Part shown: one piece after another, positions 49,521-59,596 of the stretch
How the letters are laid out: every line of letters begins with the position of its first letter
Numbering within the stretch: position 1 is the stretch's first letter
NCBI GenBank assembly: GCA_003660975.1
Contig: QMVG01000002.1
Coordinates: 32,001 to 96,000, forward strand
From: Candidatus Micrarchaeota archaeon
Lineage (GTDB): Archaea; B1Sed10-29; B47-G15
Reading direction: 5' to 3'
Length of the DNA: 64,000 nt
The notes under the pieces: generated by a model
Database searches by the model: none
What the model was told of the DNA's origin: nothing
What the model saw: only the letters and a program-made list of their open reading frames with translations
Made by a program: the position numbers and the translations under genes

Positions 49521-50735
49521 TCAAAATCTCTTTCTTATTATTATGTAATCTTTGACGAGAACCACATCTTTTAGTGGGAGGCTTATAGGAGCATCTTTTC
49601 CCTTTATTGTCAGCCGTTGCTTTTCCTTGTTTATGTTAAAAGCAGTGCCAACAATTTCCCCATGTTGGTCGTATACCTCCATGCCTTTTTTTATCCTCAT
49701 CACTATAAAGCGCTTTATATAGAAGTTCCTTACGACTGCAAGACCTATTATGGTGCCTATGAAGATTGCAAACAAGTACATTATGAACAAGTCAGCAGGT
49801 ATCTTACCTACAATCAATTCAGCAGTGGATGTAACAACCATCCACATAGAAACAACAGTTACCGAGGATAGCAAGTACTTCTTTATCTTGTGGGGTTCGT
49901 TTCTGTAATACATATCGCCAATCCTGCCCAAGATAAACAGCAGTAGGCCCATTGTGAAAAGGAACATGAAGCCTTCAACAAATGTAGCTGTCTTTACAAC
50001 GACATCCCGGCTTTCAGCAGTCCCCATCTGCTGAGCTCCTGCCCAAAAGCTCAGGAGAATCATTATCAGTGAAGCAATGTAAAGAGGAAAACTGGCCCTC
50101 TCAACACTTGTTGTTTCCCTAAATGAGTGGATTAGGTTTATTATAGGCTCTTCAAAACCAAAACCTTTCAACAACAGGTAAAGACCAATAACGAATATGA
50201 TTATCTTCATTCCCATCTCTTCCAGGAAGGAGAGTGTTAGCAGAATTATTCCTGGAAGCCCAAAGATTAACCTTGCAAAATTTGGGTCTTTCAATACTTC
50301 CTTTAACACATAATAGCTTTTCTCAAGCTGTTGAGCTTGCTTGACCAAAAGCACACGTTTAGAAATTATCTTGACCCTTGACTGGATTATTGGTATTAGC
50401 TCATCATCGTCTGCCCCGTCTGTGACAAGTATCACACCTTCAATATCAGCAAACTTTTTCAGCACTTTATCCAGCTGTTTCAGCACTTCCCTGTCTGCCC
50501 TATAGCCTCTATTCCTATCTCCAGTTATAGTTACCACTTCAACAGCATCTTTATTGCTCTTTTTTATCCTTACTGCTTCAAAAATTGTGTTGCCATCTGC
50601 CTCTCCAGGGTCTGCCATAAGCAGTGCATTTGCAGCCTTTATGTTTTTTTCCTCCCCTATTACTGGCCCTTTTATTTTTGCCTTTCTCCCTAAATCATCA
50701 TCTCTATCCACACAGAGGACAAGGACTTTTCCCAT
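49521..50735 (-). CDS. DUF373 membrane protein with C-terminal PRC-barrel-like domain
   Basis: VLCVDRDDDLGRK, TDGADD, VKQAQQLEKSYY; C-terminal GMEVYDQHGEIVG...LPLKDVVLVKDYIII. Confidence 0.85.
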   Translation of the reverse strand: MGKVLVLCVDRDDDLGRKAKIKGPVIGEEKNIKAANALLMADPGEADGNTIFEAVRIKKSNKDAVEVVTITGDRNRGYRADREVLKQLDKVLKKFADIEGVILVTDGADDDELIPIIQSRVKIISKRVLLVKQAQQLEKSYYVLKEVLKDPNFARLIFGLPGIILLTLSFLEEMGMKIIIFVIGLYLLLKGFGFEEPIINLIHSFRETTSVERASFPLYIASLIMILLSFWAGAQQMGTAESRDVVVKTATFVEGFMFLFTMGLLLFILGRIGDMYYRNEPHKIKKYLLSSVTVVSMWMVVTSTAELIVGKIPADLFIMYLFAIFIGTIIGLAVVRNFYIKRFIVMRIKKGMEVYDQHGEIVGTAFNINKEKQRLTIKGKDAPISLPLKDVVLVKDYIIIRKRF

Positions 50736-50831
50736 GAGTTTTTTATAGTGTTTAACAGTTTAAAAACATAGTGTAATGACACCACAGCATTTAAGTATTA
50801 TAATTGCATTAAAGTTAGTGAAGGTGTCCAA

Positions 50832-51845
50832 ATGGATGAATCCCAAAAGCAGGTGGTAATTTTCGTTACTCTTATAGTTTTTATGGTAGTTGCCTTTGGA
50901 ATCCTGTGGTTCTTTAATATGTTAAATATAACTGCCATTCTGTTAATAATATTCTTTGTTCTCTTTGTTACCTGGACCCAGGCCCCAAACTACTTTGCCC
51001 AGCTTCAGGAATATGAAAGAGCTGTCGTTTTTAGGATGGGCAAGTTTAAGAAGGAAGCAGGCCCTGGCTGGCTTTTTGTTATCCCTTATATTGAATCATT
51101 TAGACGTGTTGACTTGCGGGTGAAAACCATAGACATACCTGTGCAAGAAGTGGTAACCCACGATAACATAAAGTTGAAGATAGACGCGATTATCTACCTT
51201 CGGGTTAAGAGTGCCACAAAGGCCGTGCTAAATGTGAGAGATTATGAGAAAGCAGCTGTGAGCTTCACCCAGGCAAGACTAAGGGATGTTGTTGGCAAGA
51301 TGAAGTTAGCAGATGTGATATCAAATGTAGATGTGATTAACAAACACTTAAAGGCAGGACTTCAAGAGGTTGCTGATGATTGGGGGATTTCTGTTGAGAA
51401 TATTGAAATTCAATCAATAACATTGCCAAAAGGAGTCCAGGAAGCTATGCACCAATTGAAAGAGGCAGAGCAGAAAAAATTAGCAGCCAAGGAGTTGGCA
51501 GAAGGAACTAAGATAAAGATAAATGCTTTACAGGAAGCTGCAGGCAAGCTAACTGACCCAACACTTAACTACCTTTACCTCCAATCGCTTCAAAAGATTG
51601 CTGAAGGAAAGTCAAGCAAGATTATATTCCCTATGGAGCTATCCAAATTGGCAGAAAACATATCTCATAGGTTTGGAGGAGATTACGAAAAAGCACAGGA
51701 AAAGGCACTTGCTGATTATAGAGAATTGGTAAAAGATGGCGCAAAGAAAGAAACCATTTTGGAAGCACTTAGAAAGGGAAAGCTATCTAAAAAAAGCAAG
51801 AAAAGGAGCAAGAAAAGCAATGATTTCTTGGATATGAGTTCATAA
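50832..51845 (+). CDS. Stomatin/SPFH family protein
   Basis: EYERAVVFRMG, VDLR, DNIKLKID, WGISVENIEIQ. Confidence 0.93.
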   Translation: MDESQKQVVIFVTLIVFMVVAFGILWFFNMLNITAILLIIFFVLFVTWTQAPNYFAQLQEYERAVVFRMGKFKKEAGPGWLFVIPYIESFRRVDLRVKTIDIPVQEVVTHDNIKLKIDAIIYLRVKSATKAVLNVRDYEKAAVSFTQARLRDVVGKMKLADVISNVDVINKHLKAGLQEVADDWGISVENIEIQSITLPKGVQEAMHQLKEAEQKKLAAKELAEGTKIKINALQEAAGKLTDPTLNYLYLQSLQKIAEGKSSKIIFPMELSKLAENISHRFGGDYEKAQEKALADYRELVKDGAKKETILEALRKGKLSKKSKKRSKKSNDFLDMSS

Positions 51846-52676
51846 GTAAACTTCTATCAAAGCTCCGATAAATATCATTATCACAGATATTGAAGAATAA
51901 AAACCAACATCTTCAATTATAGGTTTGTAATGCTCCCAACTTTTGTATCTTTCCTGAATCAATGCCGCGCTCAGTATTCCCCCAGCCACTGCACCAAAGA
52001 AGTAAGCCCCTATCTCAAATATGCCATGGGGGAGAAGGGTTAATAATGTCAAAGGCAGAGCAACAACATAGTTCAAGATTGGATTGCCGAGATGTGACAA
52101 ACCAAAGGCAGAGGGGTTTTGAGAGATTTTTCCTATTAGAGTGCCAATAAGAGTTGCATTCCAGCTTATTAGAAAAACAGCTCCTGCGCCGAGTACAAAT
52201 GAGAAAACAATAGCAAGCCCAAGCACTATTAGGTTGTTTTCAAATATCTCCACAAAGCTCAGGCTTTTTGTGGCCATACCAGAGGCAGCGCTTTTTTGGA
52301 TAACATGCGCATTTTCCAATTCCTTTAATTGGTCAGTAAATATTTTTTCAGCCACAGTTGGGTTTAAGCTGTAAAAAAATGAAGAAGCGATTATGACTGA
52401 AAGGAAAAACCACGCATACACTCTTATGATTTTTTCATGCCTTTGAAATATATTTCCCCTCTTTCTCTCTTCTATCTTGAAAATATGAACGAAGAAGGGC
52501 GCTGCTGCCACACTTATGAAGGCTACAACGAGATAACCTACTCCGTGTCCATAAGGAGAGGGACTGCCAACATTCCCTGCTAGCAGTATTGCCACCAAGG
52601 TGAAAATGAAGCCAGCTATGAATGCTTTCCATGGTTTTTTCTCTAATATTTCTGGGGATACAATAGACTCAATCAT
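51840..52676 (-). CDS. SpoIIM-family membrane protein
   Basis: IFENNL, LISWNA, LLPHGIFEI, GALIEV. Confidence 0.85.
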   Translation of the reverse strand: MIESIVSPEILEKKPWKAFIAGFIFTLVAILLAGNVGSPSPYGHGVGYLVVAFISVAAAPFFVHIFKIEERKRGNIFQRHEKIIRVYAWFFLSVIIASSFFYSLNPTVAEKIFTDQLKELENAHVIQKSAASGMATKSLSFVEIFENNLIVLGLAIVFSFVLGAGAVFLISWNATLIGTLIGKISQNPSAFGLSHLGNPILNYVVALPLTLLTLLPHGIFEIGAYFFGAVAGGILSAALIQERYKSWEHYKPIIEDVGFYSSISVIMIFIGALIEVYL

Positions 52677-52747
52677 CCAATTAATTAAATACCGTTTTAT
52701 TTAAATATCTGCGTATTCCAAATAATAGCGCTGTTTTTGGTGAGACA

Positions 52748-53314
52748 ATGAGCAGTTTTGTTATACCTGGAGATTATGTAGGCAAGGAAGAGGAGTTTAT
52801 CCCTTCCTTTGGTGTTTATAGTGAAGGTGGGGAGCTTTATTCCTCCATCATAGGATATGTTAAAACCGATGCAGAGAAGCACAATGTGAAAGTTTTCTCT
52901 AAAGCCAAGATTCCTCGCATGCAGAAGGAATCAACAATAGTTGTTGGGATTGTTGCTGAGTTAAATGATAACATTGCAATAGTGGATTTAATGCCAATAA
53001 AATCAAAATCTTTCTTATTTGTGCCTAATGAGGTTGTTGCTGTGTTGAAGGTGGCCAATGTTAGCAGGTCTTTTACCAAGAGCCTTAGAGATGTGCTTGG
53101 CATAGGAGATATTATAAGGGCAAAGATAGACAGTGTTTACGCCCACTCAGTGCAGCTTAGGATAGACGAGGCGAATTTAGGCGTTATAAAAGCATATTGC
53201 AAGAGGTGCAGGCACCCACTCAAACTGAAGGGACGCAGGCTGGTTTGCGAAAACTGTGGCCATGTTGAGACAAGAAAGCTCGCAAAGGACTATGGCCAAG
53301 GGAAGGTGATGTAA
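52748..53314 (+). CDS. csl4: Exosome RNA-binding protein Csl4
   Basis: VIPGD, S1 domain, LGVIKAYCKRC...CENCG..ETRK. Confidence 0.93.
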   Translation: MSSFVIPGDYVGKEEEFIPSFGVYSEGGELYSSIIGYVKTDAEKHNVKVFSKAKIPRMQKESTIVVGIVAELNDNIAIVDLMPIKSKSFLFVPNEVVAVLKVANVSRSFTKSLRDVLGIGDIIRAKIDSVYAHSVQLRIDEANLGVIKAYCKRCRHPLKLKGRRLVCENCGHVETRKLAKDYGQGKVM

Positions 53315-53577
53315 TGAGGATAAACATAATAAGCAATAGAGCTAAGCAGATGGAGTTTTCTCTTGAAGGAGAAGGCCATTTATTCGCTCAGCTTCTAGTT
53401 TCAAAGCTCCTTGAGGATAAAGATGTTGAAGTAGCGCAGTATACAATAGACCATCCCTTGACAGGACTGCCTACTTTTTTTCTTAAAACAAAAAGCAAAA
53501 AACCTGTGGATGCATTAAAGAAAGCTGTAGATTCACTTAAGAGAGATATCAATTCCCTGGCGAAGGCATTTAAATGA
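53314..53577 (+). CDS. rpoL: RNA polymerase subunit Rpo11 (L)
   Basis: GEGHLF, AQYTIDHPL; conserved position after csl4. Confidence 0.92.
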   Translation: MRINIISNRAKQMEFSLEGEGHLFAQLLVSKLLEDKDVEVAQYTIDHPLTGLPTFFLKTKSKKPVDALKKAVDSLKRDINSLAKAFK

Positions 53578-54182
53578 AACAAAAAATCAGAATACTTGGA
53601 ATAGACGACGCATCATTTAAGAAAAAGCAGGACAATGTGTTAGTAGTAGGAGCTTTGGTAAGGCCAAGTAGTTTTGAAGGCTTTTACCTTGAAGCAGTGC
53701 TGTCCACATCTGTTAAGAAAGACGGCTTGGACGCTACAGATAAAATAATATCTATGATTGAAAGTTCTCGGTTTTCGAAACAAGTAAATTATATAATAAC
53801 ACAGGGCACTGTTCTGGCTGGTCTAAACCCAATAAATATAAAAAAGATCAGTGAAGCACTGTCTGTTCCTGTCCTGAGTGTCGTGAGGGACAGGCCTAAC
53901 AAAAAAAGGTTCTTAACAGCAGTGAGAAAACTACCAAATGCTGAAAGAATAATTAAAGAGCTGGAAGCTAATGGAGAGATTTACAAGTATGAACGCTGCA
54001 TAAGAGCTGTAAATTACCATAGGTGCAAAACACTGTATTATTACTTGGCAGGCATGGGCAGAAAGGAAGCAGAGGAATTGATACGCTTCTCTACTTATAT
54101 GGGAAACATCCCAGAACCAGTAAGGATTGCCCATGTGATTGCAAGCGGTGTTAGTAGGGGCGAGAGTACGAAGAGGGTATAA
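53574..54182 (+). CDS. DUF99 endonuclease V-like protein
   Basis: RILGIDD, DGLDAT, IPEPVRIAH. Confidence 0.9.
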   Translation: MKQKIRILGIDDASFKKKQDNVLVVGALVRPSSFEGFYLEAVLSTSVKKDGLDATDKIISMIESSRFSKQVNYIITQGTVLAGLNPINIKKISEALSVPVLSVVRDRPNKKRFLTAVRKLPNAERIIKELEANGEIYKYERCIRAVNYHRCKTLYYYLAGMGRKEAEELIRFSTYMGNIPEPVRIAHVIASGVSRGESTKRV

Positions 54183-54872
54183 ATGGATTGGAAAAGAATA
54201 AGAAAATTGCTGTTTGGAAAAAAGAAGCAAAACGTCTCTGACGAGATAAAAGATTGGGTAGTTTCTTTTATAGTAGCTGCTGTGATATACTTTGTGATTA
54301 TGCCTGCTGTTTTTAACAGCCCTTCTCCTGCAGTTGTTGTCTCTTCTTGCTCTGAGAAAGGCAACCTGAACATAGGAGACATCATATTCGTAGCAGGTGT
54401 TGATGTCAAAGACGTACGTGCTCCTATGGTAAACCTAAACAGCTCCTCAAAAATTAAGCCCATTGTAAATGACTCTTTCTTCGTGAATGAGATGCTTTTT
54501 GGCGATAAGCTAATTCGCTTTAACAACAGCAATGATATAGTGGTTTACAACTCAAGGCCATATAACTATCAAATAATCCACCACGCTTTCGCAATCCTTA
54601 ATTTGAGTTCCAAATATTATCTGGTAACAAAAGGCTCTGCAAATGCAATACCTGACCAAATAGGTAAGAACGGCGTTTTTTGTTTAACCGAGAATCCTGG
54701 CACATGCCTGTCAACAGCAGTAGATGACAATATGCTTCTTGGCAGGAAGGTTCTTTTTACCATTCCCTTATTAGGACATATAAAGCTCTTTTTATGTGAT
54801 CTAACCTTTAACAAGCTGTGTGAAGGCCATGCAAATGCAGGCACTGATTATTATTATGTGCTTTCATGCTAA
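54183..54872 (+). CDS. Signal peptidase I (Sec11-like) with divergent motifs
   Basis: TM, then VVVSSCSEKGNLNIGD, DIVVY, IIHH, TKGSANAIPD, IPLLGHIK. Confidence 0.75.
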   Translation: MDWKRIRKLLFGKKKQNVSDEIKDWVVSFIVAAVIYFVIMPAVFNSPSPAVVVSSCSEKGNLNIGDIIFVAGVDVKDVRAPMVNLNSSSKIKPIVNDSFFVNEMLFGDKLIRFNNSNDIVVYNSRPYNYQIIHHAFAILNLSSKYYLVTKGSANAIPDQIGKNGVFCLTENPGTCLSTAVDDNMLLGRKVLFTIPLLGHIKLFLCDLTFNKLCEGHANAGTDYYYVLSC

Positions 54873-54917
54873 TACTTTTATAATAGAATGTTCTAAACTA
54901 TTGCTAAGGGTGTTTTT

Positions 54918-55661
54918 ATGTTCGATATTAGCTTTGAGAATGCAAAGCTCTTTAAGGACTGTGTTGATGCGATAGTAAACCTCATCAATGAAGGGGAGTT
55001 TGAGATTTCTTCGGAAGGCATAACACTTAGGGCAATGGACCCTTCACAGATAGCTATGGTTGATTTCAAAATGCCTAAGAAGGCCTGCTCTTCTTATAAG
55101 GTTGAAGGAGATGTGAAAATAGGAGTAAACTTTGAAGACCTATCACGGGTTATGGGCAGAGCAAGACCAGAAGAGTCTTTAAACCTCAAGTTAAAGGATT
55201 CAAGGCTTGAGATGACATTTAAAGGAAAGTTTACCAGGCGCTTTAATCTTCCTCTGTTAGACATCGGAGGCACAGTTCCAAAGGAACCAAAGATAGAATT
55301 TGATGCAAACATTAAGCTGAACGCAAGCGTGCTTAAGGACAGCCTCAAAGACGCCTCTCTCGTGTCGTCCCATGTTGTGCTTAGCATAGACAAGAACTCA
55401 TTTGTTATAGAAGCCACTGGCGATAGGGGAGACGTGTTGATAGAGACCAAGAAGGAGGAAACAGTTGTAATTGCACATGAGTGCACAAACAATGCGAAAG
55501 CAATGTTCCCTCTAGAGTATCTGAATGACATATTAAAAGGCGCTGATTCGAGCACTGTTATAACCTTGTACCTCAAGACAGACGCCCCGTTGAAAGTGGA
55601 GTATCCAGTGGGACAGGCAGAGATAGTCTATTATCTTGCGCCAAGAATAGAAAACGTCTAA
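54918..55661 (+). CDS. pcn: PCNA sliding clamp
   Basis: LRAMDPSQIAMV, YYLAPRIE. Confidence 0.97.
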   Translation: MFDISFENAKLFKDCVDAIVNLINEGEFEISSEGITLRAMDPSQIAMVDFKMPKKACSSYKVEGDVKIGVNFEDLSRVMGRARPEESLNLKLKDSRLEMTFKGKFTRRFNLPLLDIGGTVPKEPKIEFDANIKLNASVLKDSLKDASLVSSHVVLSIDKNSFVIEATGDRGDVLIETKKEETVVIAHECTNNAKAMFPLEYLNDILKGADSSTVITLYLKTDAPLKVEYPVGQAEIVYYLAPRIENV

Positions 55662-55718
55662 GCAGACAGCGTAATTATATCTATGTCTTTTGGTTTTCAG
55701 CGCAACATCACGTTTTTA

Positions 55719-55736
55719 TTTATTGTGTACAATAAA
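55719..55736. promoter_or_regulatory. Palindromic candidate operator TTTATTGT-GT-ACAATAAA upstream of the dehydrogenase
   Basis: Perfect 8-bp arms in the intergenic promoter region. Confidence 0.45.
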
Positions 55737-55774
55737 CTAAACATCTGCGTTCTAAATTTTTATGAGGTGTTGTC

Positions 55775-56875
55775 ATGCAGTTTGATGATTTTGGACCTGA
55801 GAAAGTTATTCATGTTTACAACCCAAAGGCAGGCATGAAAGGTTTCGTAGTCATTGATAACACCACGTTTGGGCCTGGAAAAGGCGGCATAAGGATGACA
55901 GCCACGGTCAGCCCTGAAGAGGTCCAGAAGTTGGCAAGAACTATGACACTAAAGAACATATTGGCTGAGCTGCCGTTTGGTGGTGCAAAGTCAGGTATTG
56001 TTGCAAACCCAAAGCGGATGAGCCTTGAAAAGAAAGAGGAAATCGTTAAAGCTTTTGCAGAAGCTTTGAAGCCTGTAAGCCCTTCTATCTATATTGCTGC
56101 TCCTGATATGAATATGGGGGAAAGGGAGATGAAATGGTATGCTGAAGCTAACGGCTCTCTTGAGTCGTGCACTGGTAAGCCTAAAAGTATGGGAGGCCTG
56201 CCTCATGAATTGGGAAGCACTGGTTTTGGCGTTTTTCACGCGGCCAAAGTGGCAGCAGAGTTCATAGGCATTGACATCTCAGAGAGCAGTGTTGCTATTG
56301 AGGGTTTTGGCAATGTAGGCAACTTCGCAGCCAGGTTTCTCTCAGAAGAGGGAGCGAGAATAGTTGCTGTTTCTGACTCAAAAGGCACAATATACAATCC
56401 AAATGGTTTGGACTATGAAACACTGAATGCTGTTAAAAAGGAGAAGGGAACTGTTACAGCTTATCCCGATGGAAAGGTGATAACTTCTGAAGACCTGCTG
56501 TCTGTGGATGCGGATATCCTCATAACAGCCGCAGTGCCTGATCTGATAAGAGAAGAGCACATAGGAAATCTGAAATTCAAGCTGATAGTTGAAGGCTCAA
56601 ACATTCCAATGACTGCAGATATTGAAAAGGCATTAGCTGAAAGGAAAATAACTGTTATCCCTGACTTTGTGGCAAATGCAGGTGGTGTAATTTCATCATA
56701 TATTGAGTACAAGCGAGGGAGCGAAGGTGAAATGTTTGAGCTTATAGAGAAAACAATAAAGAAGAATGTAAGAAGGATATTAGAAGGCATCTCAAGTGAG
56801 CTTCCTACACCAAGAGACGTGGCGTATGATATCGCGATAAAGAAATTGAAAGAACACTGTAGGATATGCAGGTGA
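55775..56875 (+). CDS. Glu/Leu/Phe/Val dehydrogenase family (glutamate dehydrogenase-like)
   Basis: GPGKGGIR, LPFGGAK, APDMN, TGKP, GFGNVG, PDFVANAGGV. Confidence 0.92.
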   Translation: MQFDDFGPEKVIHVYNPKAGMKGFVVIDNTTFGPGKGGIRMTATVSPEEVQKLARTMTLKNILAELPFGGAKSGIVANPKRMSLEKKEEIVKAFAEALKPVSPSIYIAAPDMNMGEREMKWYAEANGSLESCTGKPKSMGGLPHELGSTGFGVFHAAKVAAEFIGIDISESSVAIEGFGNVGNFAARFLSEEGARIVAVSDSKGTIYNPNGLDYETLNAVKKEKGTVTAYPDGKVITSEDLLSVDADILITAAVPDLIREEHIGNLKFKLIVEGSNIPMTADIEKALAERKITVIPDFVANAGGVISSYIEYKRGSEGEMFELIEKTIKKNVRRILEGISSELPTPRDVAYDIAIKKLKEHCRICR

Positions 56876-56879
56876 TGTT

Positions 56880-57797
56880 ATGGTTGATTTTGATTTGGCT
56901 GTAATAGGTGGCGGTCCTGGAGGTATGACTGCCGTTATTTACGCCAGGAGAAAAAATCTCAAAACAGCCATATTTGAGAAAGGCCTCTTTGGAGGCAATA
57001 CTGCCTTATCCCCACTTATTGAAAATTTTCCCGGCTTTAAGGCCATATCAGGCTCTGAGCTTTCAAAGAGAATTGAAGAGCAAATGATGCAATATAAACC
57101 GATCGTGATAAACGAAGAGGTCAAGGGATTAGAGCTTAATGGTAATGAGAAGATAATAAAAACAGATAAAGGAAGTTACAGTGCAAGAGCTGTGATAATA
57201 GCCACTGGCACTAAATACAGGCAACTAGGAAAAAAAGGAGAAAAAGAGTTTCTTGGGAAAGGGGTTTTTTACTGCACAATATGCGATGCGCCTCTTATGA
57301 GGGGCAAAGAGGTGGCTGTTGTTGGTGGGGGCAATACGGCCTTAAGCTCAGCGATCTACCTTTCTGAACTATGCCCAAAGATATACTTAATCCACAGGAG
57401 AGATGCCTTTAGAGGAGATGAAGAGCTGCAAAAACAAGTAATGTCATTAAAGAATGTTGAGCTTGTTTTGGATTCAGAAGTGGAGGAAATAAAAGGCAAT
57501 CTTTTTGTTGACACTGTGGTAGTAAGAAATAAAAAGACAGGAGAAAAAAGAGAATTGAAGGTAAGCGGTCTTTTTGTCCAAGTAGGAGAAGACCCAAATT
57601 CAGAGCTTGCAGAGAGAGCAGGCATTGAGCTTGACGAAAGAAAAAGAATAAAAGTAAACCAGCTACAGGAGACAAACATAAAAGGCGTCTACGCTGTTGG
57701 AGACGTCTGCAACACCTATGCTCAGACAGTGATAGCAGCAGGTCACGGCGCTTCTGCTGCTCTAAGGGCTTACGATTACATTAAATATGGGAAGTAG
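56880..57797 (+). CDS. trxB: Thioredoxin-disulfide reductase
   Basis: GGGPGG, ENFPG, YCTICD, VGGGNTA, HRRD, YAVGD. Confidence 0.94.
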   Translation: MVDFDLAVIGGGPGGMTAVIYARRKNLKTAIFEKGLFGGNTALSPLIENFPGFKAISGSELSKRIEEQMMQYKPIVINEEVKGLELNGNEKIIKTDKGSYSARAVIIATGTKYRQLGKKGEKEFLGKGVFYCTICDAPLMRGKEVAVVGGGNTALSSAIYLSELCPKIYLIHRRDAFRGDEELQKQVMSLKNVELVLDSEVEEIKGNLFVDTVVVRNKKTGEKRELKVSGLFVQVGEDPNSELAERAGIELDERKRIKVNQLQETNIKGVYAVGDVCNTYAQTVIAAGHGASAALRAYDYIKYGK

Positions 57798-57838
57798 AGA
57801 ATGTAATTATTATAAAGTATTTCTTCTTTTTCTTTTTG

Positions 57839-59596
57839 ATGTCGCTTGCACTGCCCTTACCTGAATCGTTCTTGTTTGACATATCTATTATTATAGTAAT
57901 CGCGACCATATTTGCTTATTTTACTAGATTACTGAGGCAACCGCTTATTTTGGGCTACATTCTAGCAGGCGTTTTCATAGGGCCTTTGGGGCTGGGAATA
58001 GTCACTAACAGCGCTGAGATGGTGGCACTGTCCGAGCTTGGTATTGCCTTTCTCCTGTTTGGCGCTGCACTTGAGATTGATATCTCTAAGCTGAAAGGTG
58101 TAGCGAATGTCTCTGTACTGGCAGGTTTGCTGCAAGTTGGACTTACAATTGTTTTTGGATTCCTTGCTTCAATGTTCTTGGGTTTGGATATCATAAGCGC
58201 TACATATGTTTCTGTTATACTGGCTTTCAGCAGCACCATGGTAGTTGTAAAGCTATTGACAGATAATTTTGCAATAAACTCATTGCATGGCAGGCTTATG
58301 ATAGGTTTGCTTGTGGTTCAAGACATACTGGCCATAGTGGCAATATCCTTTTTAGATAATTTAGGAAAACCACTGTCTATGGCCTTACTGTATCAAATAA
58401 TCCTCAACGGCTTGGGTCTGCTGGCCCTTGCCGTGTTGATAAATAAACTAGTCCTGGTTTCTCTACTAAGAAGAGTCGCCAAGTCTCAGGAGCTTTTTTT
58501 CCTCACTGTGGTATCCACATGTTTTGTTTTTATGGGCTTCTCTTACTCACTTGGATTTTCAATAGCCATAGGTGCTTTCATAGCAGGCATTTCTCTATCA
58601 ATGTTTAGGTATAACGTTGAAATAAGTGGTGAAGTGCGCTCTTTGAGAAATTTCTTTTCAACGCTGTTTTTCGTTTCATTAGGTATGCAGCTGACCACAA
58701 TAGGAAGGGCCGAGGTCAGCATGTTGCTGCTCTTCCTTTTCATTGCCATCTTTGTCAAACCACTAATAATAAGCTTAGTTTATCTATTGCTTGGTTATGG
58801 GGGAAAACTCTCCTTGAGAATAGGTCTGTCTCTTGCTCAGGTGAGTGAATTTTCTTTCATTATAGCAGCTGCAGGCGTGTCATCAGGGCAGCTGAGCCCG
58901 GAGCTATTCTCTGTTGTTACTACTGTCATAATTGTGAGTGTTTTGCTTACACCTTATTTATTTAGGTACCATAGCTTCATATATGATATCTTGTGGGCTT
59001 TTGAACAGATAAGCAACATTTCAGTCCCTTTGTTTTTCAGGCGCCGCATAAGGAGGCATACGCGTGAACATGAATTGCTTCCCAGGAAGAGCATTGTTCT
59101 CATTGGCTGCGACAAGATGGGAGAGAGAATCTTAAACGAGCTGGGTGATACGAAGAAGCTATTGGTTGTTGATTATAATCCAGACGTGATTGAAAACCTT
59201 TCAAGAAGAAACATATATTCAATATATGGAGACGCGTACAGCGATGCAGTGATCAAGAGGATGAATGTGGAAACAGTTAAAGTGTTTATATCTACAATTC
59301 CTGACAGCCAGATAACAGCAGCCTTAATAAAAAGGATAAAGAAATTAAACCCAAAGGTTGCCTTTTTGGCAAGGGCCAACTTTACTGATGATGCCATTGA
59401 CTTGTACAAGGCAGGAGCTGATATGGTGATAATGCCAGACATAGTGGCAGGCCAAAGAATGGCAGAATACATAAGGTTGCTTCACAGGAACCCCCAAAAG
59501 ATTCAGGAAATAAAGAAAAGGCATTTGGAGTATTTAAGAAAGGAGATAAAGCAGCACAGACGACACTTTCTTGATAAGCTTATTTTCAATGATTGA
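57839..59596 (+). CDS. CPA2 cation/H+ antiporter with TrkA-N domain (KefB/C-like)
   Basis: QPLILGYI, SSTMVVVK, VQD, GAFIAG, QVSEFSF, YGDA. Confidence 0.92.
   Translation: MSLALPLPESFLFDISIIIVIATIFAYFTRLLRQPLILGYILAGVFIGPLGLGIVTNSAEMVALSELGIAFLLFGAALEIDISKLKGVANVSVLAGLLQVGLTIVFGFLASMFLGLDIISATYVSVILAFSSTMVVVKLLTDNFAINSLHGRLMIGLLVVQDILAIVAISFLDNLGKPLSMALLYQIILNGLGLLALAVLINKLVLVSLLRRVAKSQELFFLTVVSTCFVFMGFSYSLGFSIAIGAFIAGISLSMFRYNVEISGEVRSLRNFFSTLFFVSLGMQLTTIGRAEVSMLLLFLFIAIFVKPLIISLVYLLLGYGGKLSLRIGLSLAQVSEFSFIIAAAGVSSGQLSPELFSVVTTVIIVSVLLTPYLFRYHSFIYDILWAFEQISNISVPLFFRRRIRRHTREHELLPRKSIVLIGCDKMGERILNELGDTKKLLVVDYNPDVIENLSRRNIYSIYGDAYSDAVIKRMNVETVKVFISTIPDSQITAALIKRIKKLNPKVAFLARANFTDDAIDLYKAGADMVIMPDIVAGQRMAEYIRLLHRNPQKIQEIKKRHLEYLRKEIKQHRRHFLDKLIFND

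Noticed and set aside
56870-56893. TGA read-through (CRICR-TGA-TGT) as possible selenocysteine
   Set aside because: AGGTGA is the trxB SD, further in-frame TGAs follow at once, and no SECIS-like element is evident
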